A stretch of DNA of 37,691 bases from a virus (lineage: Duplodnaviria; Heunggongvirae; Uroviricota; Caudoviricetes). Both the position numbers and the translations under genes were made by a program. The stretch is taken from positions 1-37,691 of IMG/VR virus record IMGVR_UViG_2751185969_000015; one strand, given 5' to 3'. Positions within the stretch are counted from its first letter, which is position 1; every line of letters starts with the position of its first letter. The notes under the pieces were generated by a model. That model made no database searches. It had not been told where the DNA came from and saw nothing but the letters and a program-made list of their open reading frames with translations. This document shows positions 28,435 to 36,235 of this stretch, piece by piece.

Positions 28435-29088
28435 ATGAAATGGTATGAACTGGCTAGATCCAGAATGAAAGAGCTCGGCATAACTCAAGAGAAGTTAGCC
28501 GAAGAGCTAGGTATGACGCAGGGTGGGATTGGACACTGGTTGCGCGGATCTCGTCATCCATCTCTTAGTGATATTGGTGTGGTGTTTAAATACCTTGGTA
28601 TTGATAACATATCATTCAACCACGACGGGACATTTTCACCTGTTGGCGAATACTCATCGGCCCCAGTTAAAAAACAATATGAGTACCCTGTATTTTCTCA
28701 TGTTCAGGCTGGGATGTTCTCTCCAGAACTCAGAACCTTTACCAAAGGCGATGCGGAGAGATTGGTAAGCACAACCAAAAAAGCCAGTGACTCTGCATTC
28801 TGGCTTGAGGTTGAAGGTAACTCAATGACCGCACCAACAGGTTCCAAACCCAGCTTTCCTGACGGGATGTTAATTCTGGTTGACCCTGAGCAAGCTGTTG
28901 AGCCCGGCGATTTCTGCATAGCCAGACTTGGTGGTGATGAATTTACCTTCAAGAAACTGATCAGGGATAGCGGTCAGGTGTTTCTACAGCCACTAAACCC
29001 ACAATACCCAATGATCCCATGCAATGAGAGTTGTTCCGTTGTGGGGAAAGTTATCGCCAGCCAATGGCCTGAAGAGACGTTTGGGTGA
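28435..29088 (+). CDS. cI: CI repressor (hybrid: novel N-terminal HTH domain, lambda-type C-terminal S24 domain)
   Basis: C-terminal roughly 130 aa match lambda CI ([135 protein letters not shown]), including catalytic Ser and Lys. The N-terminal domain ([42 protein letters not shown]...) is unrelated to lambda CI. Start chosen at the second ATG (28435) for RBS spacing. Confidence 0.85.
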   Translation: MKWYELARSRMKELGITQEKLAEELGMTQGGIGHWLRGSRHPSLSDIGVVFKYLGIDNISFNHDGTFSPVGEYSSAPVKKQYEYPVFSHVQAGMFSPELRTFTKGDAERLVSTTKKASDSAFWLEVEGNSMTAPTGSKPSFPDGMLILVDPEQAVEPGDFCIARLGGDEFTFKKLIRDSGQVFLQPLNPQYPMIPCNESCSVVGKVIASQWPEETFG

Positions 29089-29127
29089 TGAAACCACTTT
29101 TATCTACAATTTACAGGGCGGTAAACA

Positions 29128-29685
29128 TTGGCAAAAATAGATGATTATCAGCCAAGCCAAGTAGAAGTTGATAAAGTACTTTATTGTAAAAAAATAGTTA
29201 ACTTTTCTGGCGTTAAATGGAAACAGAAACCAAGTCGCTCTGATATGTGGCTACAAGCCCATATCATCCCCTTGGATGAGGATTGTATACCTATACAAGG
29301 GCTAAAGTTTGAACTGAAATGGAAACCAGATCAGGATTCAGAACCTGATGACCCGATTTCTTACCCTAAAATAAATATTATTGCTTTCTATCATAACAAG
29401 AGGGTTTTCGCGGTAGATACCTATCACTTTGACAAACACACGAATAGTTACAAGGTCGATCATCCGAAGTACCAAGATATCATTTACGGTGCTCACTACC
29501 ATGTATACTATGAAGAAGCTGGATACTATAGTGATAGAATAGCGTTTCCAATCGAAGATGACATAAACCCAGATGACCTGGTAGGGTATTGGAATTACTT
29601 CTGTAAACATCTGAACATAACTTACTCTGGGAGAATACCTTTACCGCTTGAAGATGAGTCGGGGCAAATGGGGTTTGGAATATGA
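29128..29685 (+). CDS. Hypothetical protein A of the cI-linked two-gene cassette (TTG start predicted)
   Basis: 185-aa ORF (MAKIDDYQPSQVEVDKVLYCKKIVNFSGVKWKQ...YHVYYEEAGYYSDRIAFPIEDDINPDDLVGYWNYF...), AT-rich. Starts 40 nt after the cI stop with no intervening terminator. Tyr/His/Asp-rich; no family recognised. Confidence 0.55.
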   Translation: MAKIDDYQPSQVEVDKVLYCKKIVNFSGVKWKQKPSRSDMWLQAHIIPLDEDCIPIQGLKFELKWKPDQDSEPDDPISYPKINIIAFYHNKRVFAVDTYHFDKHTNSYKVDHPKYQDIIYGAHYHVYYEEAGYYSDRIAFPIEDDINPDDLVGYWNYFCKHLNITYSGRIPLPLEDESGQMGFGI

Positions 29686-30434
29686 TGTGCTCAACAGTGA
29701 TCTCACAACTAGGTTTCGAATGCCATCCAATAGGCAAGACCTTGAGAATTATCAGTCCATTCACTTACTGTGATGATGGAGAGCATGTCGGTGCCTTTAT
29801 CCGTGAAGTCAATGGTAGGTATTTAGTTAGTGACAGATGCGATGCCTTAATGAATATGGAGGCAAGAGGGATCTCGCTTACCAAAAAACGACTTGATGAG
29901 ATACGACAATTACTGCTTAAAGAAGGCGCAGAACTCAATGCTCGAGGAGAAATCATTGCTTGGGCAACAGAAAAGGATGTCGGTGCGATTACATCGAACA
30001 TAATTAGAGCTGGTATACTCGCATCAACTTTGTCGTTAGACTGGTATCAGCCAGTTCAAGCTGAAAAGTTTGAAAGTATGGTTATTGATTATCTATATCA
30101 CACAGAGCTTAGAGACGCACTTTCTCTTCGTGAAAACGTATATGGCTTGAGTGGACATCAAATTACCGTCCCTGTAACAATAAAAACCGACATACCTAAA
30201 TACGTTTTTACATCAAGCGTGAAACACGGAGGAAGCTGGAATAGTGCTTACTCATTGCTTGGGAAACTAATTGATCTTAAAGCTTCAAGTGAGGAGTATA
30301 ACAACAGATTTGTTGTTATAGACAGCGAAGCAATTGGTGATCAAATGCAACAACTCTCCTTACTCTTCCATGAATCAAGCCAAGTTCTACCATTCTCCAA
30401 AAGAGAGACTTGGGTTAAGAGACTTGCAGCATAA
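29682..30434 (+). CDS. Hypothetical protein B of the cI-linked two-gene cassette
   Basis: 250-aa ORF whose ATG overlaps the stop of protein A (ATGA); AT-rich; no family recognised; followed by a strong terminator. Confidence 0.6.
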   Translation: MMCSTVISQLGFECHPIGKTLRIISPFTYCDDGEHVGAFIREVNGRYLVSDRCDALMNMEARGISLTKKRLDEIRQLLLKEGAELNARGEIIAWATEKDVGAITSNIIRAGILASTLSLDWYQPVQAEKFESMVIDYLYHTELRDALSLRENVYGLSGHQITVPVTIKTDIPKYVFTSSVKHGGSWNSAYSLLGKLIDLKASSEEYNNRFVVIDSEAIGDQMQQLSLLFHESSQVLPFSKRETWVKRLAA

Positions 30435-30439
30435 TACAA

Positions 30440-30465
30440 CCCGGCCTCAGCGCCGGGTTTTCTTT
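30440..30465 (+). terminator. Rho-independent terminator closing the cI operon
   Basis: Perfect hairpin CCCGGC-ctcagc-GCCGGG followed by TTTTCTTT. Confidence 0.8.
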
Positions 30466-30638
30466 GCCTCACGTTCGCCCACCTAAAAACACATAACCAA
30501 TTATATTTATTGAAAAATAAATAGATGCAACCCACTAAACCACGCAATTCTGATCTCTCCTTACATCGCCGAGGCAATACATCCACGCTAAAAAACAACA
30601 CTATTAAATACAAAGCGTTATAAAAAACCACGCCAACT

Positions 30639-30681
30639 TACAACAAATTGTATTGATCTTGTAAAGTACATATCGTACTAT
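30639..30681 (+). promoter_or_regulatory. PL-like early leftward promoter with OL-like operators
   Basis: TTGATC (30653-30658), 17-bp spacer, TACTAT (30676-30681). Overlapping palindromes TACAACAAATTGTA (30639-30652) and TTGTAaagTACAA share half-sites with the cro-cI region. Confidence 0.55.
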
Positions 30682-30726
30682 TTAACCGTCAGCAGGACGC
30701 TGGAAGCCAAATGGAACAGACTGGCA

Positions 30727-30772
30727 GGCTCTTTAAACAACGTCGACTCTCGACTACGTGGCTGAAAAGCCA
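30727..30772 (+). promoter_or_regulatory. nutL candidate (boxA plus boxB)
   Basis: boxA GGCTCTTTAAACAA (30727-30740), then a hairpin TGGCU-GAAA-AGCCA (30759-30772), upstream of N. Confidence 0.6.
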
Positions 30773-30870
30773 GATCACCCAACCACATAAGCTGTGGGAT
30801 GCAATGCCGAAGCAACCGTCTCAGGAGGAGCTTCGAGATTGCATCGCCAAAGTTTATTCGGGAGGAATCC

Positions 30871-31143
30871 ATGTCCAGAAAAACAGAATTTAAAGGCACC
30901 GCAGCTTCTCGCCGTAGAGCTCGTCGCGCAAATCTGCAAAGTCAGGAGGCGATCAGCTCCGACAAGCTACACAGGCCAACCCCTTCACGAGTGGTCTTGC
31001 AATGCAAGCTCAAACCAGCAATGAGAGCAGAAGTGATAACTCTGACAACGTTGACCAGAAAATATGAAGGTTCAACTTGTCTTCCGAACGTAGCTCTTTA
31101 CGCGGCAGGCTACCGGAAATCAAAACAACTGACGGCGAGATGA
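30871..31143 (+). CDS. N: Antiterminator N (P22 gp24-like)
   Basis: Start at ATG 30871 with GGAGG RBS. Arginine-rich motif near the N-terminus (TAASRRRARRANLQ). C-terminus ...LPNVALYAAGYRKSKQLTAR matches P22 gp24 as I recall it. Confidence 0.8.
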   Translation: MSRKTEFKGTAASRRRARRANLQSQEAISSDKLHRPTPSRVVLQCKLKPAMRAEVITLTTLTRKYEGSTCLPNVALYAAGYRKSKQLTAR

Positions 31144-31159
31144 TAAATTCATTTGCTAA

Positions 31160-31741
31160 TTACTTGTTTTTGCCATGCTTATCCTGAGCGATAAGTTCAT
31201 CCATAAGGCTGTCTGCCTTCCCGGCAAACCTAATGTAGCACTCATGTCTATAGCTTTCAGGGATAACGAAACGGTCGGTATCAGGATATCCAACAGCAGG
31301 AGGCCTTCGAACGAGGAGTCCTTTTTTGAGCAATGAAATTGATTCATGAGCGCCCTTTTCCGTTTGTAGCTGGTTATTAGCGGCTACAGCGAATGCCAAA
31401 TACGCTCTTTCTCCAAGAGTTAACGAATCAAACAAATCTTGCACATATTTTTCTTCTTTAGATTTGCGCTTCTGAGCAGCGAATACCTCAATTCTTTCAG
31501 TCACAGCGTGATAAGCGGAATTAACAACGCCGTTAAGCACATAGCTAACGCAAAACAACAGGATGTAATACATCCAGTAATGAGGAAGGATTTCTGGATT
31601 ATGCAGGTTTATCCATTCTTTTACGCTTACCGGCATAACAATAATCAATATGATCAGGATGATTAGCATATGAATCAACTGTTTAAGTGTCATTCCTTGC
31701 AGGAAAAAATGCATTAGTTCCTGCCACCATGAGTTGTTCAT
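31160..31741 (-). CDS. sieB: Superinfection exclusion protein B (SieB)-like membrane protein
   Basis: MNNSWWQELMHFFLQGMTLKQLIHMLIILIILIIVMPVSVKEWINLHNPEILPHYWMYYILLFCVSYVLNG..., which I recall as the lambdoid SieB sequence; two N-terminal TM helices; on the strand opposite to N. Confidence 0.65.
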   Translation of the reverse strand: MNNSWWQELMHFFLQGMTLKQLIHMLIILIILIIVMPVSVKEWINLHNPEILPHYWMYYILLFCVSYVLNGVVNSAYHAVTERIEVFAAQKRKSKEEKYVQDLFDSLTLGERAYLAFAVAANNQLQTEKGAHESISLLKKGLLVRRPPAVGYPDTDRFVIPESYRHECYIRFAGKADSLMDELIAQDKHGKNK

Positions 31742-31874
31742 CGGCGTTTCTCTTTTGCTCTCTGTAGGGGTGAATAGAGTTTATCCGATTTCTCGTTGTA
31801 GGGGTACACGAGAACCACCGAGCCTGAAGACAGGCACAATCTTTACTACCGCAATCCACTATTTAAGGTGATAT

Positions 31875-31961
31875 ATGGAAGAAGAATTTGAAGAGTTCGA
31901 AGAGCATCCTCAAGATGTGATGGAACAATACCAGGACTATCCGTATGACTACGACTATTGA
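31875..31961 (+). CDS. Small acidic peptide (lambda orf28-like), 28 aa
   Basis: Hand translation MEEEFEEFEEHPQDVMEQYQDYPYDYDY with AAGGTG RBS; overlaps the start of ral; not in the ORF track (under 60 aa). Confidence 0.4.
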   Translation: MEEEFEEFEEHPQDVMEQYQDYPYDYDY

Positions 31962-32145
31962 TACAAATCAATGGTGTGGACAATTCAAACGATGCAATGG
32001 ATGCAAGCTGCAATCGGAATGCATGGTTAAGCCTGAAGAAATGTTTCCTGTAATGGAAGATGGGAAATATGTCGATAAATGGGCAATACGAACGACGGCA
32101 ATGATTGCCAGAGAACTTGGTAAACAGAACAACAAAGCTGCCTGA
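31945..32145 (+). CDS. ral: Restriction alleviation protein Ral
   Basis: MTTTIDTNQWCGQFKRCNGCKLQSECMVKPEEMFPVMEDGKYVDKWAIRTTAMIARELGKQNNKAA, matching lambda Ral. Confidence 0.75.
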   Translation: MTTTIDTNQWCGQFKRCNGCKLQSECMVKPEEMFPVMEDGKYVDKWAIRTTAMIARELGKQNNKAA

Positions 32146-32371
32146 TAGTGGCCTTTATTTTTGGCATAAATAACAGAATAAACACTGCACTGTGTATTCA
32201 TTCCAACGAGTGAATACACGGAGCAATGTCGCTCGTAACTAAACAGGAGCCGACTTGTTCTGATTATTGGAAATCTTCTTTGCCCTCCAGTGTGAGGGCC
32301 TTTTTATATGCATACCAATAACGCTTCATTCGAGGCGTTTTCGTTATGCAATCAAATATAAGGAGTTACCC

Positions 32372-32506
32372 ATGATGCACTTTCAGCTCGCGGGTAGCGG
32401 CGTCATGTCCGCTTTCTACCCGCACGAATCTGAATTATCACGCCGAGTTAAACAATTAATCAGAGCAGCAAAGAAACAACTGGAGGCGTTATGCGCAATG
32501 AAATAG
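32372..32506 (+). CDS. cIII: CIII-like protein (FtsH inhibitor family)
   Basis: Start at ATG 32372 with AGGAG RBS: MMHFQLAGSGVMSAFYPHESELSRRVKQLIRAAKKQLEALCAMK; the central ES.L.R..K.L....K.L helix is characteristic of CIII. The track ORF at 32267 is an extension. Confidence 0.6.
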   Translation: MMHFQLAGSGVMSAFYPHESELSRRVKQLIRAAKKQLEALCAMK

Positions 32507-32643
32507 CCATCAATCACCAGATGCTTCGTGCAGCACAAAACAAAGCAGTAATAGCCAGATTTATTGGTGATTCAAAAATGTGGCTTGAAGCAAATAAAGC
32601 GATGAAATCAGCTATCAACCTTCCGTGGTATCACAGGAAATGA
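32491..32643 (+). CDS. Small protein, possibly Kil-like
   Basis: 50-aa ORF MRNEIAINHQMLRAAQNKAVIARFIGDSKMWLEANKAMKSAINLPWYHRK with GGAGG RBS. Position (after cIII) and the IA.FIGD.KM segment suggest Kil; weak. Confidence 0.35.
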   Translation: MRNEIAINHQMLRAAQNKAVIARFIGDSKMWLEANKAMKSAINLPWYHRK

Positions 32644-32798
32644 GTTTTACAGATAACTGGTCAGACGAAGAATTCATTCGTCAGATGAAAGAATTAATCG
32701 GTAACGAAGGAGATATTCATGTCACTTGCAACCACAGTGAAGGAGAGCAAGTTACAGAGACGCATGTACACGCAGAAAGCTCTCTGGTATCGCCATAA
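32640..32798 (+). CDS. Small acidic protein upstream of erf (arf-position)
   Basis: 52-aa ORF MSFTDNWSDEEFIRQMKELIGNEGDIHVTCNHSEGEQVTETHVHAESSLVSP; ATGA overlap with the preceding ORF. Confidence 0.35.
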   Translation: MSFTDNWSDEEFIRQMKELIGNEGDIHVTCNHSEGEQVTETHVHAESSLVSP

Positions 32799-32899
32799 TG
32801 GCGACCGCGAAGGAATGCGGGTATGCCTTAATTTGTCCCGAGTCGAAGTATTAAATCAGCGTTATTTCCTTGGGCCGTGTCCATTCTGAGAACAAACAT

Positions 32900-33505
32900 A
32901 TGAGCAAAGAATTTTACGCAAGACTGGCAGCTATTCAGGAGAATCTGAACGCGCCAAAAAATCAGTACAACTCATTCGGTAAATATAAATACAGAAGCTG
33001 CGAAGATATTCTTGAAGGCGTTAAGCCGTTACTGAATGGTCTGTTTTTATCAATCAGCGATGAAGTTGTGTTGATTGGTGATCGGTATTACGTGAAAGCC
33101 ACGGCAACTATTACCGATGGCGAAAACAGTCATACGGCAACCGCTCTTGCACGAGAGGAAGAAAGCAAGAAAGGAATGGATTCTGCACAAGTTACGGGAG
33201 CTACAAGCTCTTATGCACGCAAGTATTGCCTCAATGGTTTGTTCGGCATTGATGATGCAAAAGATGCAGATACCGACGAGCATAAACATCAGCAGAACGC
33301 AGCAGCAAAGCAATCAAAACCATCACCTACACCTGAACAGGTTCTAAAAGCATTCACTGACGCAGCATTGCAGAAAAACACCGTAGAAGAGCTTAAACAG
33401 GCGTTCGCCAAAGCGTGGAAGATGCTCGAAGGCACACCTGAGCAGCACAAAGCGCAGGACGTTTACAACATCAGACGAGACGAATTAGAAGGAGCGGCTG
33501 CTTAA
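32900..33505 (+). CDS. erf: Erf single-strand annealing recombinase
   Basis: Start at internal ATG 32900: MSKEFYARLAAIQENLNAPKNQYNSFGKYKYRSCEDILEGVKPLLNGLFLSISDEVVLIGDRYYVKATATITDGENSH... closely matches P22 Erf. Confidence 0.85.
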   Translation: MSKEFYARLAAIQENLNAPKNQYNSFGKYKYRSCEDILEGVKPLLNGLFLSISDEVVLIGDRYYVKATATITDGENSHTATALAREEESKKGMDSAQVTGATSSYARKYCLNGLFGIDDAKDADTDEHKHQQNAAAKQSKPSPTPEQVLKAFTDAALQKNTVEELKQAFAKAWKMLEGTPEQHKAQDVYNIRRDELEGAAA

Positions 33506-33888
33506 TGGCACATTCGATTACTGTAAGACTAAACAAGCCCGCAAGAGAGTTTCAGGCCGGGGAAAATATCGGATTCAACATCCGTGCTGGCGCTCAGTAT
33601 TACGATCGCCAGACAAAAAAGAAAGAATGGACAAACTACAGCGCCGTTGTATTTGCCAAGCCGGGAGCGCAAGCGGATTACTACCGTAGTGTTCTTGTTG
33701 AAGGTTGCATTGTGGAAATTACCGGAGAAAACATCAGGGTTGATGTTTATCAGGGGCAAAATGGTCAATCAATCACTCTTGAATTACTGAATGCAAAGAT
33801 TGGATTTGCAACTTCAGGAAACAGCCAACAGCAGCAAAGTAGCAATCATCAAAATAATCCTGAATACGACGATTCCATCCCATTCTGA
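33505..33888 (+). CDS. SSB-like single-stranded DNA-binding protein
   Basis: 127-aa ORF whose start overlaps the erf stop (TAATG). Gln-rich linker and C-terminal ...EYDDSIPF resembling the conserved SSB acidic tip (DDDIPF). Confidence 0.55.
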   Translation: MAHSITVRLNKPAREFQAGENIGFNIRAGAQYYDRQTKKKEWTNYSAVVFAKPGAQADYYRSVLVEGCIVEITGENIRVDVYQGQNGQSITLELLNAKIGFATSGNSQQQQSSNHQNNPEYDDSIPF

Positions 33889-33911
33889 TTTAGAAAAATA
33901 AGGATTTAATT

Positions 33912-34208
33912 ATGCCAGCGCCTCTGTATGGTGCGGATGACCCGCGCAACTGCTCCGGTAGCTCCAAGGCGGAGGTGCTGGAGAATATCAAAAACAATTT
34001 CGACGCGTTTCTTGCTCTGACACCAGAAACAAAAGCAGAACGGATGTACCGACGCGATATACAACTCGCGCTAAAACAGGAGAAGGACCGAACAAACGAA
34101 ACAGCAATGAGACCGTTGCGAAAAGCGACAATAGACAAACTCCCTGAATATATCGACCCGCGCCTGCGTAATTACCGCTCACGCTATGGCGCTACCAGTA
34201 ATGACTGA
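33912..34208 (+). CDS. Hypothetical early-left protein
   Basis: 98-aa [44 protein letters not shown]... with AAGGA RBS. Confidence 0.5.
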   Translation: MPAPLYGADDPRNCSGSSKAEVLENIKNNFDAFLALTPETKAERMYRRDIQLALKQEKDRTNETAMRPLRKATIDKLPEYIDPRLRNYRSRYGATSND

Positions 34209-34218
34209 GGAATTTACC

Positions 34219-34383
34219 ATGAGAGGACTTGCATACAATCCCGGCATTCTTCCGGCAGAAATGATTATTCGCCAACGCGTAAAGCCAATGCCATCGAGAG
34301 AGGAATTACTTAAGAGAAATTCTTTTCCATCAGTGAATCAAAACAAATATCTGAATGCGATGTGGCGGAGTGGGAAGAAATGA
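34219..34383 (+). CDS. Hypothetical small protein
   Basis: Start taken at the ATG with GAGGA RBS: [54 protein letters not shown]. Confidence 0.4.
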   Translation: MRGLAYNPGILPAEMIIRQRVKPMPSREELLKRNSFPSVNQNKYLNAMWRSGKK

Positions 34384-34811
34384 AACAAATGTCACTAATT
34401 GAGATGGATGGATTTCTGAAAGGGAAATGCATCCCCCGAGATTTAAAGGTTAACGAAACAAATGCTGAATATCTTGTCCGTAAGTTCGGTGAACTTGAAT
34501 CAAAACTGGAAACGGCGTTGCGGGAGTGTCGTTCTGCTGGAATCACGATTGATAACCTTGAGGCTAAATGCGCGAAGATGGCTGCTGAAAATTCCTCGCT
34601 TAAGCAATCTGAGAAGGAATTTAATGACTTTTGTCGTGAGGAGTTTAGCGAATGGGAAGATGATATTACTGAAACCCAAGCCACCGATGCTTTTCTGGCT
34701 GAAGTACGGGCGCAGGGCGTGGAGATGTTTGCTGACCATCTGTTGTGCCCAGACCTTGATGACACTATCCGTGACTTTGCTGCCCAGCTTCGCAAAGGAG
34801 GCAACCAGTGA
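34380..34811 (+). CDS. Paralog A of a tandem early-left gene family (coiled-coil protein)
   Basis: ATG overlaps the upstream stop (ATGA). C-terminal ...[12 protein letters not shown] is shared with paralog B. The track start at 34362 is a GTG extension. Confidence 0.55.
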   Translation: MKQMSLIEMDGFLKGKCIPRDLKVNETNAEYLVRKFGELESKLETALRECRSAGITIDNLEAKCAKMAAENSSLKQSEKEFNDFCREEFSEWEDDITETQATDAFLAEVRAQGVEMFADHLLCPDLDDTIRDFAAQLRKGGNQ

Positions 34812-35440
34812 GCGAAATTAATTACCAGGCACTGCGTGAGGCGGCGGAACGTGCAATTCCAGCAATGGAACGCCTGTTAATGTTGCCAGCTGATGATGAT
34901 TTGTTAAGTGAACAGGAACTTAAAGATTACGGTGTGGATATTGATGCGCTCAACGCCTTCAAATTTCTGGCCGGACCAGAAACCGTGCTGGCACTACTGG
35001 ATGAACGGGAAAGAAACCAGCAATACATCAAATCTCGTGACCAGGAGAACGAGGATATTGCGCTAACGGTAGGGAAGCTGAGAGTTGAGCTTGAAGCCGC
35101 TAAAAAGTGTATTGCAGAGCTGGAAAGCAATTGCGGGGCGCTGGTGGCGGAATGCCAAAGCAAAAAAGCAGCACTTGAGGCAATTCTTAGCCATTGCCCA
35201 ATTAATCATCCAGATATAGACATCGCATGTATAGCGAACATCGCTCATAACGAATTAGGCGAGGCGAAAAGCAGTACATCTAAGGCATCCCTTGTAGAAA
35301 TACAGGCACAAGGGGTGGAGGCATTCGCTTTGACGATGCGCGATACAGGAGATGATCCATTTTTTGATTCCGTTGCTTCTGCTTGCGCGGATGCAGCTGA
35401 TAGGTTCGCTGCCCAGCTTCGCAAAGGAGGCAACCAATGA
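34808..35440 (+). CDS. Paralog B of the tandem family (GTG start)
   Basis: N-terminal 96 aa identical to paralog C ([36 protein letters not shown]...LRVELEA); C-terminus shared with paralog A. AAGGAGG RBS lies inside the conserved repeat. Confidence 0.6.
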   Translation: MSEINYQALREAAERAIPAMERLLMLPADDDLLSEQELKDYGVDIDALNAFKFLAGPETVLALLDERERNQQYIKSRDQENEDIALTVGKLRVELEAAKKCIAELESNCGALVAECQSKKAALEAILSHCPINHPDIDIACIANIAHNELGEAKSSTSKASLVEIQAQGVEAFALTMRDTGDDPFFDSVASACADAADRFAAQLRKGGNQ

Positions 35441-36003
35441 GCGAAATTAATTACCAGGCACTGCGTGAGGCGGCGGAACGTGCAATTCCAGCAATGGAAC
35501 GCCTGTTAATGTTGCCAGCTGATGATGATTTGTTAAGTGAACAGGAACTTAAAGATTACGGTGTGGATATTGATGCGCTCAACGCCTTCAAATTTCTGGC
35601 CGGACCAGAAACCGTGCTGGCACTACTGGATGAACGGGAAAGAAACCAGCAATACATCAAATCTCGTGACCAGGAGAACGAGGATATTGCGCTAACGGTA
35701 GGGAAGCTGAGAGTTGAGCTTGAAGCAGAAGAGAAAACATCAGCAGCTAGACTTGAGGCGCTCGACCGCACCCACAAAATGTTCCAACGGGAACAATGCA
35801 GGGCAGAGGCCGCAGAGAAGCGTATTGCTGAACTGGAAGCGCGGGAAGTTCAATTACCGACTCGCTACGACCTTCGATATGGACACCCGATAAATGCAGA
35901 TGAGCGACATGTCATGATACCTAAAGAAAATGGCAGTTGGCTTTACCTGATTGACCTAGAACACGCATTACGCGTCGCTGGCATTCGCATCAAAGGAGAG
36001 TGA
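35437..36003 (+). CDS. Paralog C of the tandem family
   Basis: Same N-terminal module as B, unique C-terminal module (...EEKTSAARLEALDRTHKMFQREQCRAEAAEKRIAELEAREVQ...). Confidence 0.6.
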   Translation: MSEINYQALREAAERAIPAMERLLMLPADDDLLSEQELKDYGVDIDALNAFKFLAGPETVLALLDERERNQQYIKSRDQENEDIALTVGKLRVELEAEEKTSAARLEALDRTHKMFQREQCRAEAAEKRIAELEAREVQLPTRYDLRYGHPINADERHVMIPKENGSWLYLIDLEHALRVAGIRIKGE

Positions 36004-36004
36004 T

Positions 36005-36154
36005 ATGGCTAAGTACATCGTGACTATCGAAGGATTTAATGATTGCAAGGTTGTTGAGTTTGAAGCAGACACGCCAGAGGATGCCGAAGAAATAGGCAGA
36101 GACATATTCTATGAAGAATGCAACTACGGCGTATCACCTGCTACAGAGGACTAA
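36005..36154 (+). CDS. Small hypothetical acidic protein (49 aa)
   Basis: Hand translation MAKYIVTIEGFNDCKVVEFEADTPEDAEEIGRDIFYEECNYGVSPATED with AGGAG RBS; not in the ORF track. Confidence 0.4.
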   Translation: MAKYIVTIEGFNDCKVVEFEADTPEDAEEIGRDIFYEECNYGVSPATED

Positions 36155-36235
36155 CACATAACCACTATTACCAAAGAACGTATTGAATTGTTCATTAAAA
36201 ATCCGCTTGAAAACGGGCTTACTCGTGGTGAACAA

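Noticed and set aside
29338-29764. Minus-strand ORFs (90 and 94 aa) inside the cI-linked cassette
   Set aside because: Antisense ORFs in an AT-rich region, where spurious open frames are expected; the plus-strand genes are continuous with the cI operon and terminator.
30711-30893. 60-aa plus-strand ORF upstream of N
   Set aside because: Overlaps the nutL boxA/boxB leader and the N RBS in another frame; the real gene is N starting at 30871.
33912-34208. Naming this ORF as an anti-RecBCD (Abc-type) protein
   Set aside because: Position after erf fits the P22 abc slot, but I cannot recall the Abc sequences well enough to support the assignment; left as hypothetical.
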